Positions 38,038 to 50,010 of a stretch of 64,000 nt of DNA are shown piece by piece; position 1 is the stretch's first letter, and each line of letters opens with the position of its first letter. The position numbers and the translations under genes are program-made. Source of the DNA: Lama glama (lineage: Eukaryota); assembly GCA_028534125.1 (NCBI GenBank), contig CM052816.1, positions 25,856,001 to 25,920,000 on the forward strand, written 5' to 3'. The notes beneath the pieces were generated by a model, which had not been told where the DNA came from, did no database searches, and saw nothing but the letters and a program-made list of their open reading frames with translations.

Positions 38038-38744
38038 GTCAGCAGTGCTGTCGTGCCTGTGTCTCTGTTCATCACACTTTGGAGAACAGTTGCCAAAACC
38101 ACCTTTCCTGTCTTAAAAAGGTTGAGCTTTGAGTTAACAATAGCTCTGGGAGGGTTTTAAAATACATTTCTTTTAATTTGTTGTTGTTTTTGGTGGGGAG
38201 GGTTTTTAATACTTTCTCTGGTATTTCCTTGTGACATAACTAAGGCTATTCTCACACCCTCCATTCAGTAGAACACAACATCGTGTTCCACTGAAATGGC
38301 TACCACTTAATAATTGTCACTTGTTATCAGCACACCCTGTTATCTCACACAGGGTGGCGGCCAGTGTCTGGGGCAGTGACTGCAACAATCAGAAGATCAG
38401 ATAGCTGCTTCTGGGAAATGTGGAAAACAGGGAGAGTCGGTGGGAGGCTCTGGGAAATTGCTCGTCCTGATCTCCACGGGCCTGGAGGTTGCCCTCTTTC
38501 CCATGGAAGTAACGGGAGTCACATGATTGGGCTCAACACTTCTTAGAACCTAATTCAGGGACTCTTACAGCCCTTCACTGCTGTGACCCTTTCAGTAAAG
38601 AGGAGAGACATTTTTAAAAAAAACACAGAATCGACGTGGGGAACCTCCAGTTCGTGGTGTTTTAGTGGCACGTGAGCCCTTCCTCCTGGCTCTGTCACCT
38701 CCTGGCAGATGTTTACCAGCAGATCACATGGTAGCATCTTGCTG

Positions 38745-39125
38745 TCTGAGTCAGCTTTGGCTGCCGTAACAGAATACCGCAGTCTTTAAGGCTTTAAAGG
38801 ACAGGAATTCCATCTTCGTTCTGGAGACTGATGGTCTGCGATCGGGTGCCAGCATGTTTGTTTCTGGTGAGAGCTCTTTTCCTGGCTTGGAGGCGCCGCC
38901 GTCTTGCTCTGTGCTGCTGTGCTCTCTGCGCATCCGGAGGTGGGAGGGGGCGAGAGAGACTTACTCTCCTGTCTCTTCTTATAAGGACACTAAACCTATT
39001 GGATCAGGGACCTACCTTAGGGCCTCATTTAACCTTAATTACTTCCTTGTAGGTCCTGTCTCCCAATACAGTCACGCTGAGGGTTAAGCCTTAGGAATTT
39101 TGGAAGGACACAGTTCGGTCTGTAG
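38745..39125 (-). mobile_element. MLT1A/B-like MaLR solo LTR inside a ZNF608 intron
   Basis: ggctgccgtaacagaatacc...ttctggagactg...tctggtgagagctcttttcctggcttg...ctcttcttataaggacactaa...cctcatttaaccttaattac...atacagtcac. Confidence 0.8.
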
Positions 39126-39915
39126 TGCTTGCCAAGTTGCCTCTTACTCTACCGTCTGAATACAAGATAATGTATTTGCAGGTACTTCCACAAGTAGGAA
39201 GTGCTCTACAAATGTGGAGGTCATTTTGGTTTATTCAACTCAGGTTACTTGGTGGCAAATAGTGGTATTAAAAGGGAACAGAAAGAACATAGAAAGAGAG
39301 TCATCTCCTTAAGGTTTGCATCGGCTTCCTCTATTTTTTTCCAGAACTGTTTTCTATAGAATTTAGAAGAATTTCCTGTAAGGCAGCTTCCTGCCATTTG
39401 AAGCTGTTACATTTTCTTACTGCTACCTTTCTCTTGCAGGGTAAAAGTTGAGACTATTTCTAACTTCAATTCAGTGATTCCATGTACCTTATGGGATGCA
39501 TTGTGTTCAATCACTGGGGAAAACATTAACATGATAAAAGTTATTATGAAAGTATTGTATTCTAAGCAAATAGCATGTCGCTTCTATAATTCACTGTGAC
39601 TTTTGATTCCTGTTGTTACCTGGTACATATTATTTCTCCTGAGCTTCCTATTCATGAATGCGTGCAAACCATTTAGCACCATGCAGAGCCAGAGAGATGG
39701 GATGCTATATTCTCTTTGAATAGCTATTAAGAAAACCGCAGAGTATTCAATGAAGGGATAGACTGGTTAGCCCAAGCAGTTTGTTCTCTGTCCTTACTGT
39801 ATGAAGCATCTCATGTGTATTTAGGAAAGGACAGATTGCCGCTTTGGGGTCTACAGCCCATCACTACTCTACCTTTCCAAATGTCACAGGAACCCTGCAT
39901 TTTATTCCCCATCAG

Positions 39916-39997
39916 GCTTGACCTCTGCTGCCCTCGTTGCCTCTCAGCAGGTTGCTGCACAGGCATCTGCATCAGGAATGTTTCCTGCACAAAGAAG
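39916..39997 (+). CDS. ZNF608: ZNF608 penultimate coding exon (82 nt)
   Basis: Acceptor ccccatcag|GC, donor AGAAG|gtaaat. Encodes (G)[26 protein letters not shown](R). Confidence 0.93.
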
Positions 39998-40578
39998 GTA
40001 AATATTCTCTACATTTCAAATCAGTTTTCTGGATGGAGACATCTTAATGGGTGGGAGGAAGCAAGTGTAAGCTTTTTAAACCAAAAACTTGGCTCCTAAG
40101 GGTATGATACTTTTGTAGTGACTGTGCTTATGATCCTACTGTGCTTCACAGACACCATCTATTTCGTGAACCTCATTTTTATAGCTGTAATGTAGATAAG
40201 TAATTAACTGAGCAGTTTTTAAGACAGTTGAAAGTTTCTTAGGTTATCTTCACAGCTTTGTTAAAATAATCCACAATGACTCCCTTTGTCTTATTGTGTT
40301 TAAAAATAAAGTTGGAAATGGAGGAATTTATTTCCCTGATGCTGGAGGTAATGTTTGTTCTTCGGTATTTTTTTATTATCCCTCAGGTTGTTTCAAAAAG
40401 GAAAATAATTTCTTTTTCATGATGCATGTATCATTTCCCTTGTGTCCATTCACTGCTATGGAATTGGATTCCATGAATTGCATAGAAGTAAAATAAGCCT
40501 ATCAATCTTTCGGTTTTCGTATTTTCAGCGTCAAATGTGGGTAGAACCCGTATGCTAAGGTTTTCTTTTCTTTTGCAG

Positions 40579-40585
40579 AGAATAA
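40579..40585 (+). CDS. ZNF608: ZNF608 terminal coding segment (A GAA TAA, giving C-terminus ...QRRE*)
   Basis: Strong acceptor (ctaag branch-like site, ttttcttttcttttgcag|A). Completes the Arg codon, then Glu and TAA. Matches my recollection of the mammalian ZNF608 end QRRE. Confidence 0.82.
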
Positions 40586-40767
40586 CAAGATTGGAAATGT
40601 ACGTTGTCATGTGACTGGATCACATGGGGAAGCGCTTTATACAGACATCAGTTCCATGGTGTTAATTTGAAATGCCTTAATGGCAGGCAAAAACCAGTCA
40701 TTTCATTTTTGTAAATTACAGATTTTATCACAGAGTTGCAAATGTTGCTGTAATTAAACTTCTGTTT

Positions 40768-40787
40768 TATATATATATGCGTATACA

Positions 40788-40826
<39 letters not shown>
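40768..40826. repeat. (TA)n-rich simple repeat in the 3'UTR
   Basis: Read directly. Confidence 0.9.
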
Positions 40827-40980
40827 TCTTTACTTTTTGTATCAGTAACCAGGCTCGCACACACAGGGTCTGCTGCCAAGTCGCAAACCACTCAGCAAAG
40901 GAAATTTAAAAAATGTATTTGTCATGTTGAAAAGTGTTAGCCACAAAAGGCTGCTTACTTTCTTTTCCTTTTCAATTGTA

Positions 40981-40986
40981 AATAAA
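40981..40986 (+). terminator. Candidate proximal polyadenylation signal AATAAA
   Basis: AATAAA immediately after TGTA, in the middle of the UTR. Confidence 0.4.
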
Positions 40987-41560
40987 TAATGTTATGTATC
41001 AGTGTGCCTGAATCTTGCATATCCTTCCTATATTTCCCGTAAGCCCCTCTGAAAGGCTAACTGTGATGATGACACTTTGGTACAATTTAGATGTCTATTT
41101 GGTGGCTCCCGTTAAGACGCATCAGTGTAAAATGTTCCTGTAGTCACTGTTTGTACTTGTGTATTGTGGGAAAAAAATACTTTTGGAAGGCATGGGGTTG
41201 CCAGTACCACAAAAAATGTGTTGTATATAATGTAAAGATTAGAATGGGGAAATAATGAGCATCTGTGAACAATGAGGTGTCATTTTTGATAATCTTGAAT
41301 GGCAAGTAACCCAATAGCCTGCATACCAGAGACATCTGTGATTGTTCTATTACTTGAATAGTCTTGCAGTCCTTTTTCTTTTCTTTCTTTCTTTCTTCTT
41401 TTTTTTTTTTAATGTTTACAATTATCCAGTTTTAGAAGAGAGAGACTTTAACGCCATTGCCTGGTTACTTGTTTTATGCTGTAATCTAGTTTATTTTATG
41501 TAAAATGTATATTGAATGCTTTCCTTTTTTATACCTGCCTTAAATAATTTGGCAATCAGA

Positions 41561-41566
41561 ATTAAA
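41561..41566 (+). terminator. Probable distal polyadenylation signal ATTAAA
   Basis: ATTAAA preceded by several TGTA (CFIm-type) motifs at ~41480-41510 and followed by U-rich and GU-rich sequence. Confidence 0.6.
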
Positions 41567-42039
41567 AAGGTTTTTTTTTTTTTTTTATAATGGCTTCTTG
41601 TCCGTCTCATGTTATTTCTAGCTGGCTGAGAGCAAGTCTAATTTTCAGAGAAAGGTTCCTTCATATTAAAGATGTCCAATGCATTGAGATCTGGTACACA
41701 GATACTAACTTCTCTTATATGATACCCAGGTTTAACAACCAATAGTGGGTTTAATTCAGTGGAAATATGGATGGATCTTTAGTGGGTATTTACCCCAAAC
41801 ATGGAGCATAATATCACTGCAGATCGGTAGATACAACTTTCTCTGGTACAGAATGATATTCCAAATATGTCAGTCTTGTGACTTGTGGACTGTAGGTAAA
41901 ATGTATAAAAAGTTAGTCAGCTAGCCATTTATTTGACTTGTCATTAAATTGTTTTAGTAGCATATGCTATGCCACATGTACAGAATTAAATGCTTCCTGT
42001 TTTTTTTTTTTTTCCTTGCCTCTCCTTCTCTCCCTCCCT

Positions 42040-42350
42040 CCTTCTCAACAAATACTTTCTGAGCACCTGCTTTATCCAGGCACTGTCTAAATGCTGAGAT
42101 ACAGCCATGAACCAAGCAGACAAAAATTCCTGTCTTCAGTGAGTTGGCATCTTCTAGTAGGTGGGGTAAGCCTAATAAAATATATAAGAAATAGGCGGAG
42201 TATATCAGATGCTTGATCAATGCCCTGGAGAAAAATTAAGTCTGGGAGTGGGCTTGGGGGCTGTGTGGGAGTTTGTAACTCTTAAATTGAGTGATCAGGG
42301 AGGGCCTCACTCAAGGAGATGAGGAAGCAGTCATGCACATCTCTAGAGGG
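42040..42350 (-). mobile_element. L2 fragment
   Basis: caacaaatactttctgagcacctgc...caggcactgtctaaatgctgagatacag...gacaaaaattcctgtcttca. Confidence 0.75.
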
Positions 42351-44169
42351 AAAGATTGGCAGGGGGAGGGGGGTTTGTCATGTGTTTGGATGGATTGATT
42401 TCGATGCTTCATTCCAGCTGTAAGTTTTAATGATTTTACTGTAATTGCTAATGACAGATTTTCCACTTGGTGTTCTAAGAAGTTCTTTAAGTTGATAGAA
42501 TTTGACTTGATAGAATTTGGTTCGTTGTCTTACGTTGAGGCCTTTGCTTCACACTTGAGGAGGAATTTGCAATCAAAAATGCTTCCTCTCCTTTTGGAAG
42601 CCACCATCAAGCAGCTTTCCTTTGGAGTTTCATCAAACATTGTTTATGGGGTTTATTACTGCGCTTAAAAGGAGTTCACAGATTTTTCATCATTTTTTAA
42701 GTTACCAGATTTTTTTCAGTTCCTAGACCACATCTTGATGTATCCTGGAAGGCGATGGAATTTGTGTCACCCCAGTTCAGTATGTTTCCTCTGTTCAGAA
42801 TATCGTTTCCAAGATGCAGTATGTGTTGCCCAGTTCTGGAACTCACTGAACAGTTCACTATCGAAACACAGGACCAGAACTTAGGTCAACTTAACATCTT
42901 CACCTCTGTATTATCACATTCCTGGGGGTGGCTAGGGGATGCTGTGGATTCCTGAGGATTTTCCTACCTTCAGTAATAAGTCTTTTTAAAAAAACATGTG
43001 GAAGCCAATCTTGCCTGAGCTGCACCATGATGAGATATATGCTTATTTTGTACCAGGCTTTTAATCACTTCTAGTTAGGGGCCTAAATAGATAGGGTACT
43101 AGATAGGTGCCTCAGATCAGGCTTAACTTTGCTCCTGTAATAAACAAGAGTGCTGATAAACACAGAGATACATGACCAAAAGCACAAGGTGATTTGAATA
43201 GTCTCTCCCCCAAGGCTTTTACTGGAACATTACTCATGACTGGTTTACATTAATCACTGAATGAAGTTTTGTTTCTTCCCCCTTATTGTTCCAGTATTGT
43301 CTCTGCTGCTGACAACAGGAATTGCCAAAGGCCAGAGCTTGTTTATATTGTGTGTGCCATTTCTCTGGCTGAGTACAGAGTCACTACTGAATGGTAAATC
43401 AAAGATTCCCAAAAGACAAGCACACTTGGCTCCATTATATTACTATGATGAATCTGCCATTAATACGGTTCTAATTGTTTTACTTTTCTAGACATAAAAT
43501 CAGTCCCCTTAGTGACTAATAATAGGGTTTATTGATTTTACTAAACATTATTCATTCTAGGCCTGCTCATATCAGCTTGTCCTGAACATATGCAAAAAGC
43601 CTGCAGTGCTGACACGGTACAAATTAACTTCACGGAGAAATGAGAGTGAAGAGTTGTTTACAGCTGTGCTTCCTGCGAATGCAGAATATTAAAAACAAGG
43701 TAACAGGCTCCATGTAGAACCGGTTGTTCCCAGATGAGGTTCTCAGGTGGCTTTTTGATGGAAACTTGCCGCTGATGGTCAACCCAGGTGCTTAGCACTT
43801 ACAGCGGAAAAGGACTGGTCTTACATATTCACCCTGGCTGTGACCCTGATGGAGTGTGGTTTCAGCCCAAGGGTTTGAGAGTCACCAGAATAAATAGCTC
43901 TAATTGATACAGGATAAAACAGCAGTTTAAATGATAATTACTGGTCACTCCATTCCTTCCCTGACTCTGAAAAAGGGATGAAGCAGGCAGAGCCAATTAC
44001 TCCTGTTTTTGTCACTAGTCATCCATCCCCTGCTTCCTGCACGAGCTTGAGTCATAAATGTTGTTTGCTTTCAGTTCAGTTTAGGAGAGAAAACAAAGTG
44101 AAACCCACTCATAGGAGTGCCTTCATCATGGTTTCTTTTTTAATTTTTTTTTTAATAAAGTCACTCTCT

Positions 44170-44333
44170 AAAGCAGGGGTTCCCAGCCTCGGCACCATGT
44201 ACATATTGGACAAGACGATTCTTTGTTGGGGTGGGAGGTAGGGGGCTGTCCTGTGTGTTGTGGGATCTTGAGCTAGTCTCTACCCACCACATGCCAATGA
44301 GGTCACACCCCCCACCCCCAGTTGTGACAACCA
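44170..44333. mobile_element. MER20-like hAT transposon fragment
   Basis: caggggttcccagcctcggcacc...attctttgttggg...ggggctgtcctgtg...tctctacccac...ccccagttgtgacaacca. Confidence 0.75.
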
Positions 44334-45084
44334 ATTGGTCATACGAAATTCAGATCTCCTGCCTAGCCCGTTCCACTGATAGACTGCTGAATTTCCATGC
44401 TCTTTGTTGCTTTAGAAGATGCAAATACCATCAGTGGCACCAGGTAATCCTAAGAAAATATAATGGGGATGCTCATTTGACCAAATGGATCAAGTTGGAC
44501 CAGACCCTCTAGCTTTTTTAAGAGAATTGGATGATCTGAAGTTTAACATAATAATTAGTACTTTTTATAGATTGAATTCATTTTCAATCCAAAAACCTGT
44601 CTGAGGGCTGAATTGAGCCCAAAGCACATCAATTAGCAAGATATGCTTTATATATGTTGTTGAAAATCTTCACGCTAGCTCTGTAAAGTACATATTATTT
44701 TTCCCTGGAGCAAAGACTTTCCAGCTAGAAAACCTGGAGAAAGGAGGCGTTCTTAAGTTGCTGCTGGGACTGAACTCAGCTTTCCTTCTCATCAGGAGTG
44801 TCATTCAGTTCATGCACAGGAATCAACTTTGAGAACTTCTCAGATGCAGTATACATTTCAGTAAAGTTTTTTCTTTTTTTTTTTCTTTCTTGCTTAGACA
44901 TTTGAAACACAAGGCACCGACAATGCTGTGAGTGTGTACTAGTTCTCAGTCTAGGTTTATGTTCTGATCACACTGGCCAGGCCCTGGCCCATCTTCAGTC
45001 ATCCTCCTGTCCATGGAATGGAGGGTGGGTACAGGGGAGATCACACTCCTTACCTGCGTCCATAGGAGAAATGGCTACTCATGG

Positions 45085-45717
45085 TGATGCAGGAAAAATG
45101 GATGTGGGGCTTGAGGAGGGCTGCGTCAGGCTTCGGTTAAGCCCCTGGGACGTGCCCTGCCAAGTGTGGGTCCTTGGCTTCGCCCAGGAAAGAATTCAAG
45201 AGCGAGCCACTGTTGAGTGAAGGTAGATTTATTCAGAGAGATACACTGAAAGGCAAGAGAAAGGCCATGAGGTGTAGGGGTTGGGTGTTCAGATTAAAAG
45301 TAGGTACACACTCCATAGACAGAGTGTGGGCCATCTCCGAAGGGAGAGGGAGAGAGAGAGAGGCCGTGAGGGGCAGTGTTGACCATTTTTATGAGCTTTG
45401 GTAGCTTCATATGCAAATAAGTGGAAGAACCAGTCTAACTAGCCTGGAGAAGGGACTGGGATTCCCAGGAAGTTGGCCATTTCCCATTCTTTGACCTTTT
45501 GTGGCTAGCCTTGGGACCGCCATGGCACCTGTAGGCATGTTATTCACCATGTTAATATATTACAATAAGCATGTAATTGAAGCTCAAGATCTTCTAGAAG
45601 TCAAATCTCCCACCATCCTGAGCCTCAAGGCCTACTGGGGGTTGAATCTTTCACCATTTTGATGTTAATTACTGTAGCATTCCTTGAATGGCTGTGCCCT
45701 GCCCCCTTCCTGTCTCA
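45085..45717 (-). mobile_element. ERV1 solo LTR (MER41/MER4-group-like), 633 bp
   Basis: TG...CA termini; 4-bp TSD ATGG/GTGG; minus-strand AATAAA (tttatt at 45228-45233) followed on that strand by gaattctttcctgggcgaagccaaggaccc, a U5 signature of this LTR group. Confidence 0.8.
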
Positions 45718-46119
45718 GTGGCAGCTCTCTGGCTTCTTGTGTGTGAGACCCCACTACTGTCTCAGCCCAGCTCTCCAGGCAACTCCTGAAAGTGGATCAA
45801 AGCTGACCTGCAAAATGAAGCCACTTTGACATCTCTTTGAGAACTGAGTTCTTGAGGAATGGCATCGGAACCCCCTCATTTCCAAGTTAGGAGACTGAAC
45901 ACGGCACTGTGCTTTCCATTATTAGAAAATCTGGAAGTTATTTTCTTTACCTTCCGTGTTTTATAGTGATTGTTATTCCTTGAGTTGGAAAGGTTGGAGC
46001 ACTGTTAATTTTTGACTCATCTTTCTATTGATTTGTGGAGGTTTTCTTTTTCTTTTTCTTTTTCTTTTTCTTTTTTTTAAACTTTGTCATCACAGCCCTG
46101 CTTACTCTCCTGCCGTGCT

Positions 46120-46648
46120 CTTTTTTCTTTTTATTTTAAGTGTAGTCAGTTTACAATGTTGTATTAGTTTCTGGTGTACAGCAGATGATTCAGTTATATA
46201 TATATATATATATTCAGATACATATTCTTTTTCATTAAAGGCTATTACAAGATATTGCATATAGTTCCCTCTGCTATACAGTAGGACCTTGTGGTTTATC
46301 TACTTCATATATAGTAGTTAATATCTGTAAATCCCTTAACTTCCAATTACCCCTCCACCCTAACTTTCCCCCAGTAACCATAAGTTTGTTTTCTATGTGA
46401 GTCTGTTTCAGTTTTGTAAATAAGTTAATTTGTGCCATTTTTTTAGATTCTACATTTAAGTGACATCATACGGTATTTTTCTGTCTTTTTCTGGCTTATT
46501 CACTTGGTATGACAATCTCCAGTTCCATCCATGTTGCTGCAAATGGCATTATTTTATTCTTTTTTTAAGCCTGAGTAGTATTCCACTGTATATGTGTGTG
46601 TGTGTGTGTATACCACTACTTCTTCATCCAGTTATCTGTCAGTGGACA
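46120..46648 (-). mobile_element. L1 3' fragment (same family as 2939-3686)
   Basis: gtagtcagtttacaatgttgtattagtttctggtgtacagca...tgctatacagtaggaccttg...tccatccatgttgctgcaaatggcattatt. Confidence 0.88.
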
Positions 46649-46845
46649 TCCTGCCTCTTACAAGGATACTTGATTAAATTGGGTCCACCCACGTAATCCA
46701 GGATAATCGCATTTCAAGGTCAGTGGATTAGCAACCTTAATTCCATCTGCAGTCTAATTTCCCTTTGCCAAGTAACCTAACATACTCACAGGTTCTAGGG
46801 ATTAGGAAGTGGACATCTTTGTGAGGGCATTATTCTGTCTACCAC
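46649..46845 (-). mobile_element. MLT1C/D-like LTR fragment
   Basis: gggtccaccc..taatccaggataatc...gcaaccttaattccatctgc...ctcacaggttctagggattagga.gtggacatcttt...attctgtctaccac. Confidence 0.75.
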
Positions 46846-46877
46846 CCCACCCAGCACCATGTCCTCTCTGCCTGATA

Positions 46878-47110
46878 GTAATAAGAACATAGTAATGGCC
46901 GCTAGTGTTTATGTAGGATTTACTGTGCTCTAGACACTTATTCCTAAATGCTTCACATAGAACAGTTCACTTAATGCTCATAACAACCCAAGTGCTATTC
47001 CCACTTCGAGATGAAAAAACTGAGGCACAGTTGTAAGGTACTTTGTCTGAGTTTGCACCTCTGTATGAGTGACAGGGGCAGGCTTCATGACCATTGTGCT
47101 ATATGCTGCT
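46878..47110 (-). mobile_element. MIR fragment
   Basis: ttactgtgctctagacact...cttaatgctcataacaaccc...agatgaaaaaactgaggcacag. Confidence 0.7.
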
Positions 47111-48907
47111 TCAGAAAGAGGATCTTAAATCCCCTAGGCAGTTAACAAAAGCTAGCCAGCTTTCCTTAAAAAAGAATAATGGCTTTCTCCGTTGCACACC
47201 CCCCACCCACCCATAGTCATGTGCTCTCTTTCCCCTGCAAAAGTTCCCTAGAGCTTAATAGCCTGTAAGAATTAAGAGGGACCTGTCTTGTCCTCAGACA
47301 AGTAGGCTGCACTCTGGAGAGAAAAGAGGAGCTCAGGACCACTCTTACCAAACAGAGATACTGGGATGGGGGTGGTGGTGAGGAGACAGGAGTGTTAGGA
47401 AAGGCTCGCGTCAGGCACTGGTGAGCCAAGATTCAGCACGTGGTAGTCCACTGACAGAGGGTGAATCTTACCATTTCAAGAACAAGCAAGAATCCTTGAG
47501 AAAGAGAAACCAGGCTGTAGCCCGCGGTCAGGGCTTAGGGTTGCTGAAAGCTTTAGGTTGAGAAAGAGCCTTGACAGATTCTGAAGAGAGCCTTGCCCTT
47601 GCTGGAAGGGCAGGGGTGGGTGGTAACTCCAAGGTAGTGCCAGCACTAGGCAGGGCCCCATCCTCTTTCCTCAGCCCTCCCCTCCCCCTGGCAGAGAGCA
47701 GAGCGCTTGGTAAGGAAGAAGACAAAGGAATGGCCCCAGTTCCCTGCCCCTCCACCAACCCTCCCTGTGTGCACAGGCTGACCTGCTTACCCGTGGAGGA
47801 TGGATGCCCTGACTTGAGCAGGGATGGGCTAGCGCTCTGCCAGCAGGTCTAGTGACTGGAGATGCTTTTGGTGGGGTTAAAGTCCTTCCAAAGAAGGCAT
47901 TTTGGAAGTGACTGAAGCAGAATTCGTTCAGAAAACATCTTCTGAGCATTTCCTAAGGGGACCAGGGTTTCCCTGGGGCTGAATGCTCAGCCCCTGCGCT
48001 CACAGCCCTTCCAGCTGTGGGGCACGGCCCTCCCCTCTGCATCAGCCAGACCCCTGCAGACCTTTTGTTGACTAGGCCAATCTGATGCGAGGAGGAATAT
48101 TCGCTTTGGGGACTTTGCCATCAGAGCTTGTAAACCTTTCCACATGATGTGTTCAGCCTTAGAAATCCCCAGGTGCCTGTGTGTCTGCCACTCCCAAACC
48201 CCCGCCGTCCCCCCGACCCTGTCTCAGTGATAAGATACAGAGACAGGCTATAAATGATGGATTTTACGACAGCAGTTCTGGGACCAGACTGTCTCCCTGT
48301 CCATGCTGCCCCCAGGCTGGGCCTGAAGCAGGACTGGCCCCAGCAGGCAGCTAGGGAGCAGCAGATGTGCCCAGAGGTGGGGAGTTTTGGTGACTCATTT
48401 CTGTCCCTCGCCTGGATTCTGTGGGTTGTCTAGTCAGTGAGGGGCAGAATCAGAGGCGGAAAGTGCCACACCACCCAGGGAAGCCCCATTGCCTATCCGT
48501 GGGCGTCCTGTCATGGTTACTATCTTGAGAGGCTTCGCGCTGTTCAGTGCAGTTTCTGGAAACACAGTGTGACCGTCGAGGGGGCCCAGGAATGTTCCTG
48601 TCACTGACCCTGCTGGGTGAGGTGGGCTGAAGTCATGTCGGTGACCAAGCAGCGTCCCCCAGGTCAGCTAAAGGGACGTCTGTTTCATTGCCTAGTGGTG
48701 GATACTCGTGAGCTGGTGCCGAATATGCATGTGACATCCTCCCAGGAGGCCAAGTGTCTCTAACTTTGTCCCGCTCCATATATGTGTGTGTGTGTGTGTG
48801 TGTATATATATGTATCATATATATTATTTGCTCGGGGCTCTGAGGGCCTCTGACACTTGCTCTGAATGCTTGGCGGGTCACCTGTGCCCTGCTTGCTAAT
48901 GCCACCT

Positions 48908-49520
48908 TGCCTTAGTCAAGGACTTCGTCAGCTGTAAATAACAGAAACCTATTCAAGCTGGCTTAAGCAAAATGGGCAAGTGTAATGTAGGGCAGAGAGG
49001 TCTTACAGGAGCAAGGGTGGGACGTGTGTGTAAGCATCAGGGGGGCTGGCGCTGGGACGTGGGTCATCTCCAGGCACCTGGGCAGCCTCCCCTTGCTCTC
49101 CTCCCCCCCCCCCCCGCCCCCAGTCTCTCTCTGACTCTCATCGTGATCTCTTCTCTCTGCTCTTTCTTTTCCTCTGTCTCTCCTCTCTCTGCACACTGGC
49201 TGCCTCTGGTTCTCCAAGCACATGGCTTGCCTTGCTGAAAGTACGGTCTGGCATCTCTGTTCTAATTCCAGGTTCCCAGGAGAATCAAAGTGGCCCAGCT
49301 GGGGTCCAGTGAGCCAGGAGGGTTTTGCAGTTGAGAATAACTTGCCTTGCTGAGGGACTCCAGGTTGCAGGGTCAAGGGGTGCGAAACAGATCGCTGAGC
49401 TGGCTCCTCAGTTTGGCTTCTTTTGGCCAGCGCTACACCACCCTGTGTCCAAGGAACATTTGTGGCCAAGAACAGAAGCCCATTCAAACCAGCTTAGTTA
49501 CAAAGATGGTTCATTGAAAG
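48908..49520. mobile_element. Old MLT1-type LTR fragments
   Basis: agctgtaaataacagaaacctattcaagctggcttaagcaaaa and a second copy aacagaagcccattcaaaccagcttag. Confidence 0.45.
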
Positions 49521-49599
49521 CTTACGAGTCAGTCTCATAAGAATATGGGAAGGAAACTGGCAGGTCATAGTGATGGTGTCTAGAAACCCCCTCAGTCTC

Positions 49600-50010
49600 T
49601 CCCCAGGGTCATGTAATCTCCGCGCACCTGGAGAGTGCGTGGGAACACTAGGCTGTCCCCCTTCCCCCGATCTTGTCCTGTGCACCTCTTCCATTTGGCT
49701 GTTCCTGAATTGTATCCTTTAGGATAAAACTGTAATCATATGTATAGTACTTTCCTGAGTTCTGTGAGTCATTCCAGTGAATTATTGAACCTATTTGTGG
49801 GGGAGGGGAGTTGTGGGAACCCCCAAATTGTAGTTGACTGGGCAGAAATGTAGGTAGCCTGGGGACCCCATTTGCAACTGACTCCTGAGGTGGGGGCAGT
49901 TTGGTGGGACTGAATCCTTCATCTGTTGGGTCTCCATTCCCTCCTGGTAGTATCAGAATTGAATTGAATTGTAGGACCTAGTTGGTGTTAGAGAATTGGA
50001 GAATTTTTGC
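49600..50010 (+). mobile_element. MER21-like LTR fragment
   Basis: cacctcttccatttggctgttcctgaattgtatcctt...ttcctgagttctgtgagtcatt...gtgggaacccccaa...cagaattgaattgaattgtaggacc. Confidence 0.7.

Larger units (their letters stand above)
40586..41590 (+). other. ZNF608: ZNF608 3'UTR (end approximate)
   Basis: AU-rich, free of interspersed repeats, following the stop codon. Many TGTA motifs; AATAAA at 40981 and ATTAAA at 41561. Confidence 0.8.

Noticed and set aside
39931..39950. Cryptic CAGCAG acceptor inside the 82-nt exon
   Set aside because: Its use would shift the frame; the sequence is explained by the Gln-Gln codons.
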